Shown here: piece after piece, positions 51,521 to 63,171 of the stretch
Position numbering within the stretch: position 1 is the stretch's first letter
How the letters are laid out: each line of letters begins with the position of its first letter
Assembly (NCBI GenBank): GCA_024137785.1
Contig: JAHRHZ010000278.1
Span: forward strand, 1,016,848-1,080,847
Length of the DNA stretch: 64,000 bases
Source: Ginglymostoma cirratum
Lineage: Eukaryota
Direction: 5' to 3'
Notes under the pieces: model-generated
Told to the model about the DNA's origin: nothing
The model's database searches: none
What the model saw: the letters and a program-made list of their open reading frames with translations, nothing else
Program-made: the position numbers and the translations under genes

Positions 51521-53069
51521 TCCCGTTTCTATTGGAGTAAAAATAACCCCATTGACCAGCTCCCCAAAATACCGTCAGCCTCTTATTTCCCTTTAGTCAG
51601 AAACCCAGCATATGCTTCCTGTGGTCCAGTTTACCACATTAAACAGGAATTTCAAAATAGATGTTAAGGTATGAAAGAAAACATACAAAATTACAGAGTC
51701 AAAAAAAAGTCCAAGCAATTAAATCATAATGATAAACTGAATAAATGATAAAAATAACCATTAAAAGGTGCACATCTAAGTAATAGAATCTTCCTTTTGC
51801 CTTTTTCCCTTTTGAGTATTAGAGAAATGGAGTAGGCTCCCAGATTTGGTCACCAGGGAAGGGGAAAGGCATTGTTACTGTTTTGGGCTAACTGTATTGG
51901 GTTTGATGGTGTGATTTTCACTGCAAGGTAAAACATGTTTCATCACTGTCTTTTACCAAAGTAATCGCATTAGTTGACGTTTTAGGCATTGTGATCAGTA
52001 TCACATTAGATTTCCACCCCATCTCAGCATGCCCCATTCCTGGAGCAACGCACCACGCATTACAAATCCTGAATTGACCAGCATCCCTGGCACCAGTGCT
52101 AAATTGAAACGGCCAGACAGGTACAGTCAGCCTGAAGCTGTCCAGCGCACTTCCTGACTCATGCCTTGGGCATGGCAAATGGGGAGAAATTGGCACTCCA
52201 TTCTGTGGACATGATTCTGGGAGATCCTGCTGGATGGGATGGCACCCACATGGGACTTCCTGTTTCCCCAGGCCCAGCAGTGGAGGCCATGACACCATGA
52301 TCTGAGGTTCTCATCCAGGCTAGAGCAGTTTCAGCCATGTAGGGCAAAGCCCAGCGCTGGACTAAGGCTTTGCAAGGTGGGGATGTTTGAGCCTTTAAGT
52401 AGGCAGAGTGGGTAAGCACTATGATAACATAGAATGATCCTGAAGATACAGCCTGGTGCAGTCCCTCAGCTGGGAATCTGCCCCTGAACGCAGTATCCTT
52501 GCTGCAGGTTACAATGAGAGTTACTGGTGCAGCCTGAGGCGGCAAGTCCAGTTGTTTATCCTTTTAAGTAACCGATTAAACTCATGAATTTATGGATGGT
52601 GCCTAACTGAGTGTTACAGGAAGTTCGCAACAAAATGCGAGGTTTTAAATGCCCTGAATGGGCTTGTAAATGGACGTTGAAATTCAATAGAGAGACGTGA
52701 GGGTGTGAAGGCTACTTGTTCCTTGAAAAATAAGGGTTACACTGGGGAAGAGGAATAGTTTCAAAAACCATTAGAACCAGTAATTCAGGCCAGGAAAGTC
52801 ATTGAAAAATCAAAGCACCCAGGCTCATTTCTGGTGGAATGAAATTGAAAATTGAATCTTGTATTTTCTTAATCAGTCCCTCAGAATCGAGGCTGACTTG
52901 TTTCACTCTGATTTGATGGTTTCTGACATACCGCATAAGTTGTGTGTGAATTATAGACCTGCAGCTCAGGTGGTGCTTGAGGATTGGGTAGATAAATTGT
53001 TTGGAGTTTTGAGCACTTCCCCCACACATCTTGGCTTTGCTTTGGCCCAGTCCTAGCACAGTTTTTCGA

Positions 53070-53345
53070 TATGTTGATGCCTTCCACAATGGTTTTCCAT
53101 GTGTTGACTGGTATATTTGATCTCTTCAGGGAAACTTTGAGAGCATCCATTTCTACTGTCCTACTGAGAGTGTCCTGCTGTGACTGGGTTCTAAGTAGAG
53201 CACTTGCTGTGAAAGTCAGGTCTAGGAGTGACACCTCCTCCCAATGGAGATAGCTTTGAGTGAATGGTACACCAGTGCTTGGGAGAGGATGCTTACAATT
53301 GATCGCTTTCTTTGTCATTCCATTTGGAGAATCTTGCAGACGCAA
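53070..53345 (-). mobile_element. RTE-clade LINE remnant
   Basis: Minus strand CKILQME*QRKRSIVSILSQA and DALKVSLKRSNIPVNTW resemble the RTE ORF C-terminus (LRKILQI.WQDRRTNVSVL...DTLKASLKKCNI...W). Confidence 0.7.
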
Positions 53346-53424
53346 CTTAAACAGGACGTTGATGAGACCACATTTGGAATGCCAAAAATACAGAAGCACT
53401 CGAGAAAATCACTGCACTTCAAAA

Positions 53425-53565
53425 CATTTACATTCCACAGGACATTCCAAAATGCTTTACTGCTAATACATCACTTTTGAAGTCACTTTCATAATTTGGG
53501 AAACATAGCTGCCAATTTGTGCACAGCAAGCTCCCACAAGGAGCAGCCTGAGTTGACCAGATGAT
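53425..53565 (-). mobile_element. SacSINE1-like DeuSINE 3' fragment
   Basis: AGCTGCCAATTTGTGCACAGCAAGCTCCCACAA is antisense to the 10735-10770 motif. Confidence 0.7.
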
Positions 53566-55129
53566 GGGATACATTTTTCGATCTTCGTATTGTCGGAGAT
53601 TGGATGTGCAACTGAACATCCCATCAGGTCCCTACAAAAATCCTGGCTTAGACACAAATGGGAATTGCCTGTGAAGGTTCAAATTCCGATGGACAATTCC
53701 CCTTCCCTGGAACCCTTTATAAATGTCTCTGAGCTACAGTTGGAGGCTAGAAACAGTTTCATGCAGCATACTGCTACAATTATCCAGGAAATGTTACATT
53801 AAAGCCTGGTCTGACACTTGGGCAAATCCACAACCAGCTCCCTCCATAACCACCTTACTGGCTCCATAACTGCTCCCTCACAACCCATGAACCCTGACCA
53901 CCCCCACAATCCGTCCTGGTAATCTTCCCCAACCAACCTGACTACCTTCACCTGACCTCACCCCAACCCAACCACCCGACCACACCCTAACCTGACTACA
54001 GCCTAACTCGACCACCTGAATGCTCACCCAACTACCCCCCTGACTCAGTACCCATTCACCCATCCATTCTCTATGCCCATCTATCAAACCTACTCACCCA
54101 CCCTATCTACATCTCCATAATCCACCCCACCCACCTGCGCACACGTGCACTCACCCATTCACCGGAATTCATTCCAAGACAGTACCTTTACACTTAGCAC
54201 AGTGGCAGTGCCATAATAACGGAGGTACCTCAAATACTTTTGGAAACATCGAAATTTATGGGAACACATGCATAAGATGACTGTGATTGCAAATGCCATG
54301 ACTGCCGAAAGAGGAAGACACCATAGAATGTCACACCTGAGAGGTGTCAATGAAGCTTCAAAGAGATGGGCTGTAAATTATTTGTGAACTATCTCAGACA
54401 GTGCACATGACAGGAGAAAAGACAGCCCTCTGGGCAAGAGACATATCTTGTGTCTTCTCCTTTCAAGAATACACACGAGGGAGAGTTATTAGCTGGTTCA
54501 AGCTGGTCTGTGCGTGCTAGTAGAAGACAGGAAATGCAGAGCTGCTCATACAGGACATAGGGGCCCTAAATCTAGAGAGAAGACCCACAGCTGACTGTTT
54601 AAGTGCCTGATGGTCACTTCTTACTGCAGGTATTCCCCAGTAGAGGTGGCACTGTGTTCTGGCTGGCACTCAGACTAGTGGTCCAGCTCCTTACCCCACG
54701 CAGATTAAACTCTACCCTTATCCTTCAAACAGCAGGTGACCTCCATTTCTCCGCTACCAAAATATACAACTGCTGTTTACCCAAATTGGACTTCGTTTTC
54801 TATTTACATGACCATTTTACAACTTTGTTAATGTCTCCTTGTATTTTGTTACAATTTCACAAATACAGACCCCAGCGATACTGTTATGGTTTCAATTGCT
54901 CCTTCAAAAAGCTCCTTGTTTGGCTCACTGACAATTTTTGTGTAATTCTATTCCTGACACATTTCGCAAAGTTATGCTATGTAAATGCAGGTTATGTTCT
55001 CATTTGTCAGAGTGTAAATATGCAGAGCTTGTACATTAGTAGTATCTATAGAGAAATATTTACAGATATTCTTTTGTGTTACTATGTAAATCTGAACTGA
55101 TTTTCCTCTCAGGATAATCTAGGCCGACA

Positions 55130-55650
55130 CACCATCTGCTGTCAAAGTGCCAGCTGTCAAACACCAGCTCACACTGACTTCAGCTTTTATTAGGAGCACA
55201 GTCCCTCTCCTTCATACAATCTCCTACTGCCTCCCCCACACCCCAACCCCCCAACCCCTCCTGAGAGAACAGCCCCTTGTGAACAAAGCTGCGAGATTGT
55301 GGCTTGTTAGGTTTATTTAGCTTTAAAGGCAATGAATGTTCTCTTCAAAATTACATCAACCAGCTGTGTCTCTTGGATGTCCTGAGACATTTCCTTTGAT
55401 CTGTGTTTTGCTCTGTGTGCAGTGCTAATTAATGTGGCTGGTTGAAATGCAAATCACTGTCATCAGATTATTTTAAAACGTTTTATATATTTGCCTATGT
55501 CTTTAGTAGGTTGAATTTGTACTATGACCTCATTATTATTTGTCTGAGATGCTGTAAAATGTCTTATCTAATATTTCTGGTATTATTAATATGGAAGTCC
55601 ATTTTATCATTTATAAATTAACTGGTTGAAATAAAGAGCCCTTTGATCTG
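55130..55650. promoter_or_regulatory. Candidate intronic enhancer (motif cluster)
   Basis: Repeat-free stretch with E-boxes, three CTGTCA, Sox AACAAAG, two TCF CCTTTGATC, TAATTA and octamer ATGCAAAT. Confidence 0.35.
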
Positions 55651-56331
55651 TAACTAGTGGAGTAAGTGAATGTGGTTTATTTAGACTGGTTCATATTGGC
55701 ACAGTCAGCAGGGAAATCACCTTCAAGGCAGCCTAAGTATCTCTCAAAACATAGAAATTACAAAATTCTTTTTACTATGTGTTCTAAAAAATTGCTGTTA
55801 AAGCATTAAGATCTTTTTGTTCTATCAAAGGGCCATTGCAGTTTATTCGTCCTTTTAGAAAGAGTTTGAAAACAATAAATTTACTCTCTGAAGCGTTTGG
55901 GACAGTTTTGTTCTTAGCTCTGCATTTGAAATTTGCAATGGCAATAAGTTAGGAAAAAAAGCATAAGAAAGAATGAGTAGGCCATTCAGTCCCTTAATCA
56001 TTGTCTGATATTCAATAAAATCATAGCTGATCTGCCTCAGACTTAAATTCCTCTTTTTGTGCCAGCTCCTTAAGTATTTCAAAAACTATCAGCCTCCTCT
56101 TTAAATTCTTTCAGTGATCTAGCCTCCAAACTTTCTGTGGCCAACAATTGCAGGCATCAACTACCCTCTGGAAGAAGAAATTCCTTCGCATCTGTTTTAA
56201 ATGAGTGTCCCCTCTAGTGGAAACATCTTCTCAACATCTGCCCTGTTAAGCCCCCTCAGAATCGTGTATGTTTCAATAAGATCACCCCTCATTTTTCCAA
56301 AGTGTAATGAGAAAAGGCCTAACTCATTTAT

Positions 56332-56496
56332 CTGAGATAACAAGGTGTGGAGCGGGATGAACACAGCAGGCCAAGCAGCATCATAGGAGCAGGAAAGCTT
56401 GACGTTTCGGGCCTAGACCCTTCATCAGAAATGGGGGAGGGGAAGAGGGTCACCTTGTTATCTCGGATTCTCCAGCATCTGCAGTTCCTATTATCT
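56332..56496 (-). mobile_element. Penelope-like mini-element with intact hammerhead core, inverted tail and TSD
   Basis: Minus strand TTTCTGATGAAGGGTCTAGGCCCGAAACGTCAAGC at ~56397-56431. TSD CTAACTCATTTAT (56319-56331) / CTAACCCATTTAT (56497-56509). Confidence 0.88.
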
Positions 56497-57469
56497 CTAA
56501 CCCATTTATGTGTTCTTGAGTGTCCAACCCCTCTCTCCCAGGTTTTCAGCCGAGTGAACCCCTCTTGAACCATTTCCAATGCCTTCTGATTGTTCCTATC
56601 CATGTGAATGACATCATGCCTTGCAACAGTAAAGTCCAGTTGGGCATGTTTTTGCCTACTCGCTCAAACATTCTATATCCCTGGTCAATTGTTTATGTCT
56701 TCTTCAGAGCATGCCCTTCCACCTACGTTTGTAATGTCAGTAAATCTGGGTGCATTTCACTCTGCCACCAAGTCATTAATATTGATTGTAAATATTTGAG
56801 GCCATAGAATTGCTCCCTAAGGTACTCAACTAGTTATGTCTTTCCAACCTGAAAATGACCCGTTAATTCCGACTCGATCTTCTGTGTGCTAACCCATCCT
56901 CAAGCCACACTAATACATTACCCCAATACCGTGAGCACCTACCTTGTGCAATAATCTTTTATGTGGCACCTTTTCAAGTGCCTTCTGGAATTCCAAATAT
57001 ACCACATCTACTGGTTCCCCTGTACTTTTTATATCTCCAAAGTACTCTTGCAAATTTTTCAAACGCGATTTCCCAATCACCAAACTATCTTGACTCTGTG
57101 TTAGCTTTTTATAAAGATATCCTGCTGTTTCTTCATTAAGAATGGAGTGCAGCATTTTCCCCAATGACAGACTAACTGGCCTGTAGTTTCCTCCTTTCTG
57201 TCTCCCTGCCTTTTTGTAAGGGGTTTCACATTAATGGTTTTCCAAATCCTTGGGACCCTCTTGAAACTCAGTAAGTTCTGGAATATTTTGAGCAATGTCT
57301 CGACTATGTCTGCAGCCACTTCCTATGATAACTCTTGGATGGAGGCTGTCAGATCCTCATCATTTGGCTGCCTTTCTTCTCATTAGTTTGTCAAATACTT
57401 TGTTACTCATGACAGAGCCTGTTACAGGATCTTTCCTTCCATTAGCAGCTTCCTTACCTGTTGTCATCA

Positions 57470-57790
57470 CACAGAATCCCTACAGTGTAGAAACAGGCCC
57501 TTCAGCCCAACACGTCCACACCAACCCTTGGAGCATCCCACCCAGACCCATCCCCTTATAACCCACCTAAACTACGCATCACTGAACACTACGGGTAATT
57601 TAACATGGCCAACCCACCTAGCCTGCACATCTTTGGACTGTGGGAGGAAACTGGAGCACCCGGAGGAAACCCGCGCAGACACAGGAAGAATGTGCAAACT
57701 CCACACAGACAGTTGCCCGAGGGTCGAATCAAATCCAGGATCCTGGTGCTGTGAGGCAGCAGTGCTAACCACTGAGCCACCGTGCCACCC
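57470..57790 (-). mobile_element. HE1-type V-SINE, full length
   Basis: Minus strand begins GGGTGGCACGGTGGCTCAGTGGTTAGCACTGCTGCCTCACAGC. Confidence 0.92.
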
Positions 57791-58311
57791 CATTTGGATG
57801 TCACTAATTTCTATCCTCTAAGGGTCCCAAATGTAGTTTAGCTACTCTCTTTCTTTGTATGCACTCACAGAGGTTCTTGCTGTTTATTTTTTGTTTCTTT
57901 TTGCCAATTTACTTATGTAATGAATTTGATCCCTCTTTATTTGCTTTATAGTCATCTGCTGCCAGTTCCAAAAAATAAATCTCAATCCTGTGGTTTGTCT
58001 GAGTTTTTGATTGGATACGCTACCTGACAGCCTTTGTAATCCAAAAGTGGTTTATCCTGCTCAAGTACCTTACAACCAGAACAAGCTTTTACTGCACAAA
58101 ATGAAATATTTACTGAAATGTCTGTCACTCATATTGCCCTTCGACTTTGAACAATTCTTTTACATCCTCTGGAGCTACCCTTGTTTAAGTTGAGGACACT
58201 GGCTTGAGAATCAAGTTGCTGTCCCTCAGAGTGCATTTAAAATTCTGCGATGTTATAAATCATTGCCCCCAGAGGATTTGTAACTACAACATCTCTTATT
58301 AATTTTTAAAA

Positions 58312-58645
58312 ATTCATTCACGGGATGTGGGCATCTGTGGCTAGACAGCATTTATTGTCCATCCCTCATTGCCCAGAGGGCAGTTAAGAATCAACCACAT
58401 TGCTGTGGGTCTGGAGTCACATGTAGACCAGATATCACAGAATTGTAGAATCCCTACAGTGTGGAAGCAGGGCATTTGGCCCATCAAGTCCGTAAAGCAT
58501 CCCACATAGGGTAGTGCAGGCTATGTAGATTAGCCATGGGAAATGGGGGATTACGGGCATGTGTTTGGGTGGGATGTTCTTCAGAGGGTTGGTGCAGACT
58601 CGATGGGCTGAACTGCTTCTTTCAGCACTGTAGGGATTCTATGAT
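58312..58645. mobile_element. Cluster: short LINE-tail derivative (-), then two HE1 tail fragments fused in opposite orientation
   Basis: 58312-58432 shares CAGCATTTATTG.CC.TCCCT with 22911. 58444-58506 is a minus HE1 tail; ~58514-58645 is a plus HE1 tail. Confidence 0.7.
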
Positions 58646-60011
58646 CCTCCAAGCAGTCTGGGCCACACCAAGAGGAAGAACCTCGTACCTGTTGGACAGG
58701 AGTACTGGCTGAGGCTCCTCAAAAATTTACATTCTGGATCTCCATGCACACAGTCACACCCTCTTGTCTATGAGCACAGGCTGAATTTAATATAATTAAT
58801 CTAACGGGTGTGACTGCAACATTGTCTCAATTCTTTCCCCCCCTTCTCTGGTATATTGCAGTGTCCACAGCTCGAGCTTCAGCTCATCAACTCTGAGCTA
58901 GAGTTCCTCAACAGCCAACACTTGCTGTATTTGTGGTTACCATGGATCACGCCAGTATCCAGCAGCTCCCACATACTACAGCCACAACCCATCGACTGCT
59001 CAGCCCTCTCTATTCTTATTTCATTAATTAATTTGGTTGTTAAATATTTTAAAAGTGATTTTTTTTTCCCCAAGCTTCTGTTGTATTAATGTCTCCTGAT
59101 TTAAACTGCTTGGCCAATCTAAAGGTACACTGAAGAAATACCCATCAGTCACCTCCCCGTTTTCCTGTGATGTCAGCTCCAGCAGGTGAAAGGGGTTGTA
59201 GGAGCTTTGTGTTGCTGGTTTGTATCTTCTGCCACTGCTCACACAGGTCCATTCCTCTCTTTAGGAAGTAGTTAAAGCGCAATGCACATTGTTACTTCAA
59301 AGTTATCCCTCTTTGTCCAAACTCAGTGAGCACAAGGGGTGGAGTTTATTTATGAAAGCCTGGTGTAAGCGTTAAGGAAGGTGCTAAACTTAAGAGAAAG
59401 GGGATGCTCTTTAGAAAGCCTCAACTCGAATATTCCTTTTCCTTTCCTGACCACTTGCCTCTTCCCCCTGTAACGTCCCTGCATTTTTCACCTGACCCTG
59501 CTGTAATATTTCACACTGGCTGTCAACTTCTTTGTCTGACTCCTTGCCCTGGTAGGAATGTGTCTGTGAGATACACCTAATCTGACTTGTTCAGCTAACA
59601 CAGATAAGTCCGATTGAATAACAATGTTGAGTCTTGCATTGCAGTTTTCTCGGGGCTAATTAAACCTGCCATCCGAGAAGGTGGCATTGCCTGCTGACTG
59701 TTCTTGATCACCTGGCAACTGAATGGCACGCACCATTCAAGAGGCAACCTGTGCTTTATACCTCAGCAGCCCATTAATCGAGACAGGAATATGGGAAGTG
59801 ACAGAGAATCCATACGCACACAAAGCATGCTCAGTTTTGCCGATTTTTCTGATGCATTGCGTGTCAAGCTGATGACGTTTTACTGCAAGGCAGGATGTGT
59901 TACTGGAGCAAGTCCATCATAAAGACTTGGCAATTTAGCAATTTTTAATATAAACAGCATTTGTTATGTGCTCTTAACAGCCCTGACAAGTCTTTCCTTC
60001 TAATTGTTCAG

Positions 60012-60124
60012 CTGGTGGTCTGCAGGAAATTGCCACAAAGTTTGACAACCAGAGTGTGATGTATGGATTCTGCAGCATCAAGGACTCTGGTTCTGGCCTG
60101 CCTAAGTATGTCCTCATAAACTGG
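60012..60124 (+). CDS. DBN1: Drebrin coding exon 3, 113 nt: (A)GGLQEIATKFDNQSVMYGFCSIKDSGSGLPKYVLINW
   Basis: Acceptor tctttccttctaattgttcAG, donor TGG|gtatgt. Matches drebrin GGLQELSGHFENQKVMYGFCSVKDSQAALPKYVLINW. Confidence 0.95.
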
Positions 60125-60369
60125 GTATGTAAACAATCCCTTTCCTCACAGTCTCGCTGCCGTGTTTTAATAGATGCAAAACATCCACAATTGAAACCAT
60201 TTTTACCAAGGTCCAGAAAGGTGTGCTAGCATACGTTATAGTTTACCAGTTACAGAATCTAATTGATGTCTTCCCAGTCGTGTCTTTGTCAACTCCAGCC
60301 TTGATTTCTGTTAACATTTTGTCAGCATCCTGTATCAGCCATTCATTAACATCAACCCATTCAAATTTC

Positions 60370-60870
60370 TGCCAGACATGTTGTATCCCTATCCAACCCC
60401 TTCTCATCCATTGGCTGTATGTTTGCATTGACTTCTAATCCTGATGAGATCAAGTTTAAAACTCTTAAATTTGTGGTATAATTGTCGTAATTCTGTAGCC
60501 TTGTACATCATTACCCAGCAACAACTCCCCCCTCCCCCTCCGCTAACCTCTGAAATCTCTATTCCTCTCACTTGGAAATCTTCTCACACCCTCTATCTTT
60601 TCATCCCAGATTTGATGAGAATGCTTTCAGCTAGTAAGATATTGTGCTCTTGAAATCCCTTCCTATCACCATCTCTCGACAACCCCCCTCAATTCTTTTA
60701 AGTCCACCTTAAAACTCACTTATTACAAAGTTTCTTCAAACTTTTGATCAGCCTTCTGAATGTCTCTATACTTTTGGCTTGGAGTAAATTTTTTTCTTTC
60801 CCTTGTACCTCTGTGAATCACTATTTACCATTTTTAGGTGATAAGCGTGCTGTGTAAATGCAGATTGTTC
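60370..60870 (+). mobile_element. Decayed L2-like LINE 3' end in intron 3
   Basis: HWL...IKFKTL-like remnant (CATTGGCT...ATCAAGTTTAAAACTCTT) and L2-type tail GCTGTGTAAATGCAGATTGTT. Confidence 0.45.
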
Positions 60871-62228
60871 AGTCGATGAACTTGTTTGTTCCAGGTGTTG
60901 AGAAGAATTCTGTAATTTTACATTTGTCAGTATTTACCATTTTGTGTGGTTCGTCATTTTATGCTTCATGTGGAGAGAAGGGTCCTCTCATGTAGGGTCA
61001 AGGGCATAATTATCCTGCCCTCAAGCACTGAAACACACTTGATGTACTTTACAGGCAATAGGAATGCCCCCTTATTTCCTGAGGCCATCAATTGGTGTGG
61101 ATTAACAACAATATAACTCAACCCTGTGAGATCATTGGCTCTGTCCTTGACATCCGTCAGTGCAATGTGATGCCGTAGTGATTGGTTATTTCCAAAGAAA
61201 ATCCTCAAACAGAACCTGCCACTGGTGATGCCAGTGTGAGAAATGGATAAAAGATTGGGATTTAAGTTACCATCGGATGGATTTAGCTCCTGATTGTTTC
61301 AAACACAATGTTCAGTATGTCCCCTGCTGTGAGAAAACGTGTCATGCAACTTTTATGCAGTAACTGACGGACCTGTCGACAGTGCATGAAGTGGTTCTAA
61401 AGTGTTTCCCTCTCTACTTTCTCGTTGAACAAAACGACATCGTTCAGTAATTCTCACCTGTTACTTACGTCATGTTTTAAGTCGCTCTATGTCATTAACT
61501 CTCTTGTAGGCCTGGGTAAGTGTGTGATCAATTTCCACATCTTTACAGGTAATATTTTGAAACCATCCCCAAAGTAATGCTTGAGAATAGGAACTGATCG
61601 CGCAGAGATTCATAAGAAGGAGCCTGTGTCCCCATACTCCATTGCTACATGCTCACAATTGTGCAATTACATCCATCAAATGGAATTGAATAAGAGTTTA
61701 CAGTATCTTCTCTTTTTTATTATTTACTCCATTTATTAACATTTCTTTCTTCCTGTCCATTTATCTTCGTAATGACGAGCACTTTGCTGAAATTGGCCCA
61801 ATAATCCCCTCTCTGATTGGTTGGTGAGCGCAGAGGTGATTGTCCTTTCCCAAAGAACCTCTTCCCTAGACCAGTCAAGTCTGAGTAACTGCTTCAGTAC
61901 ACTGTCATAAGGATAAACGTTTCTGTAGCTTCCTAATCTGCATCTGGACGTGAAGAACTGATATTCTCATGCAATCTCAAAGGTAATCCATGAAGCAGGT
62001 CCTGTTACACTGCCCAGGAATGAGAGATGTTCCTGGTACAATTCCAAAACCAACCCCTCTCTCTTGATGTCTTGAACTGGTGTAAGATATTTCAGAAGAT
62101 GATGTTTTTCAAGTGTATATGGGGTGAGAACAATCTCAGAGATTAACTCCTTTTAATTGATATATGAAGCTATGAATCTTAGTTAAAGCAGAATTTGGGA
62201 GATTTTTTGTATTTGTTTTCTTCTCTAG

Positions 62229-62303
62229 GTTGGTGAAGATGTTGATGACATCCGAAAATGTACATGTGCTAGTCACGTGCCAACAATTGCAGACTTCTTT
62301 CAG
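62229..62303 (+). CDS. DBN1: Drebrin coding exon 4, 75 nt: VGEDVDDIRKCTCASHVPTIADFFQ
   Basis: Acceptor tttgttttcttctctAG, donor CAG|gtaaac. Matches drebrin VGEDVPDARKCACASHVAKVAEFFQ. Confidence 0.95.
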
Positions 62304-63171
62304 GTAAACATGTTCCTTCTGCTACTTCAGACCATCCTTTTCTGTTACATAAAAAATACATGTCCTAGATTCAGCTCAATTACTGGCATTGAACTTGCCA
62401 GATCCACAGAAATAAAATGCTCTCAAATTGATAAGTTTAGCCACTGTGGCATTTTGCTGCAGTATTTTGTATAGAAGATCAAAGTACATTCACCAACTAC
62501 CCACTCTCCATTGCTAAATCAGCCCCTTGAGTCTGACATAAATTTTATATTCTGTAGGATTAAAATGATTGCAGCCTGAAGTGTATAAATCCCTCGCTTA
62601 CTCTGATCATTGGCAGGAACTATCAGATGTAATCCTAGCCAGCGGAGGTGATATCGCTTTTTAATAACTAAAAGACTTCAGATACAGCAATAGTTGGCCA
62701 ATAAGGAAAATATTTATTTAAACACCAAAAAATCTTACAGCCAGAGATTGGTCAATTTAAGTTAGCTACTGGTCAGATCAACAATGATTGGAATCACTGC
62801 CCAGGAACTGGTTTGCTGGAGAATTGGTACGGATGCAATGGTGCAGAATCAGCTATGGTTTCAGTTCCCACTCTTTGCTGAACTACATCAATGTAGATGT
62901 CAAGATTTAATTGCAATACTTCTGTGCTGCAGCGTACTGATGCTTCCAGAATAAGGGGTACAGTTGAAGGACCACAACATGGTAAAGTGTATGAGGGTGT
63001 CTGGCATTCTACAAAAAAAAATCAACACCTTTACACACAGGATGGAGGAAAGCAAGGAAAATAGAAGAGTGAGGGTTTTGTTTTCTTTGAAAACCAGTGT
63101 AAAATATTCAAACCATTGTGAACAATATTGACCTTTGTCTTACCATTCACTCTATGCCAAACTCCAAACAG

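Larger units (their letters stand above)
55960..58290 (-). mobile_element. Long decayed CR1-clade LINE hosting nested Penelope-like and HE1 insertions
   Basis: ORF 56910..57164 (GKSRLKNLQEYF...GEPVDVVYLEFQKALEKVPHKRLLHK) is CR1 RT. Antisense 3' tail at 55960 (CATAAGAAAGAATGAGTAGGCCATTCAG). The 5' limit is uncertain. Confidence 0.8.

Noticed and set aside
54603-55100. 165 aa hydrophobic ORF
   Set aside because: The hydrophobicity reflects T-rich DNA; no homology recognised.
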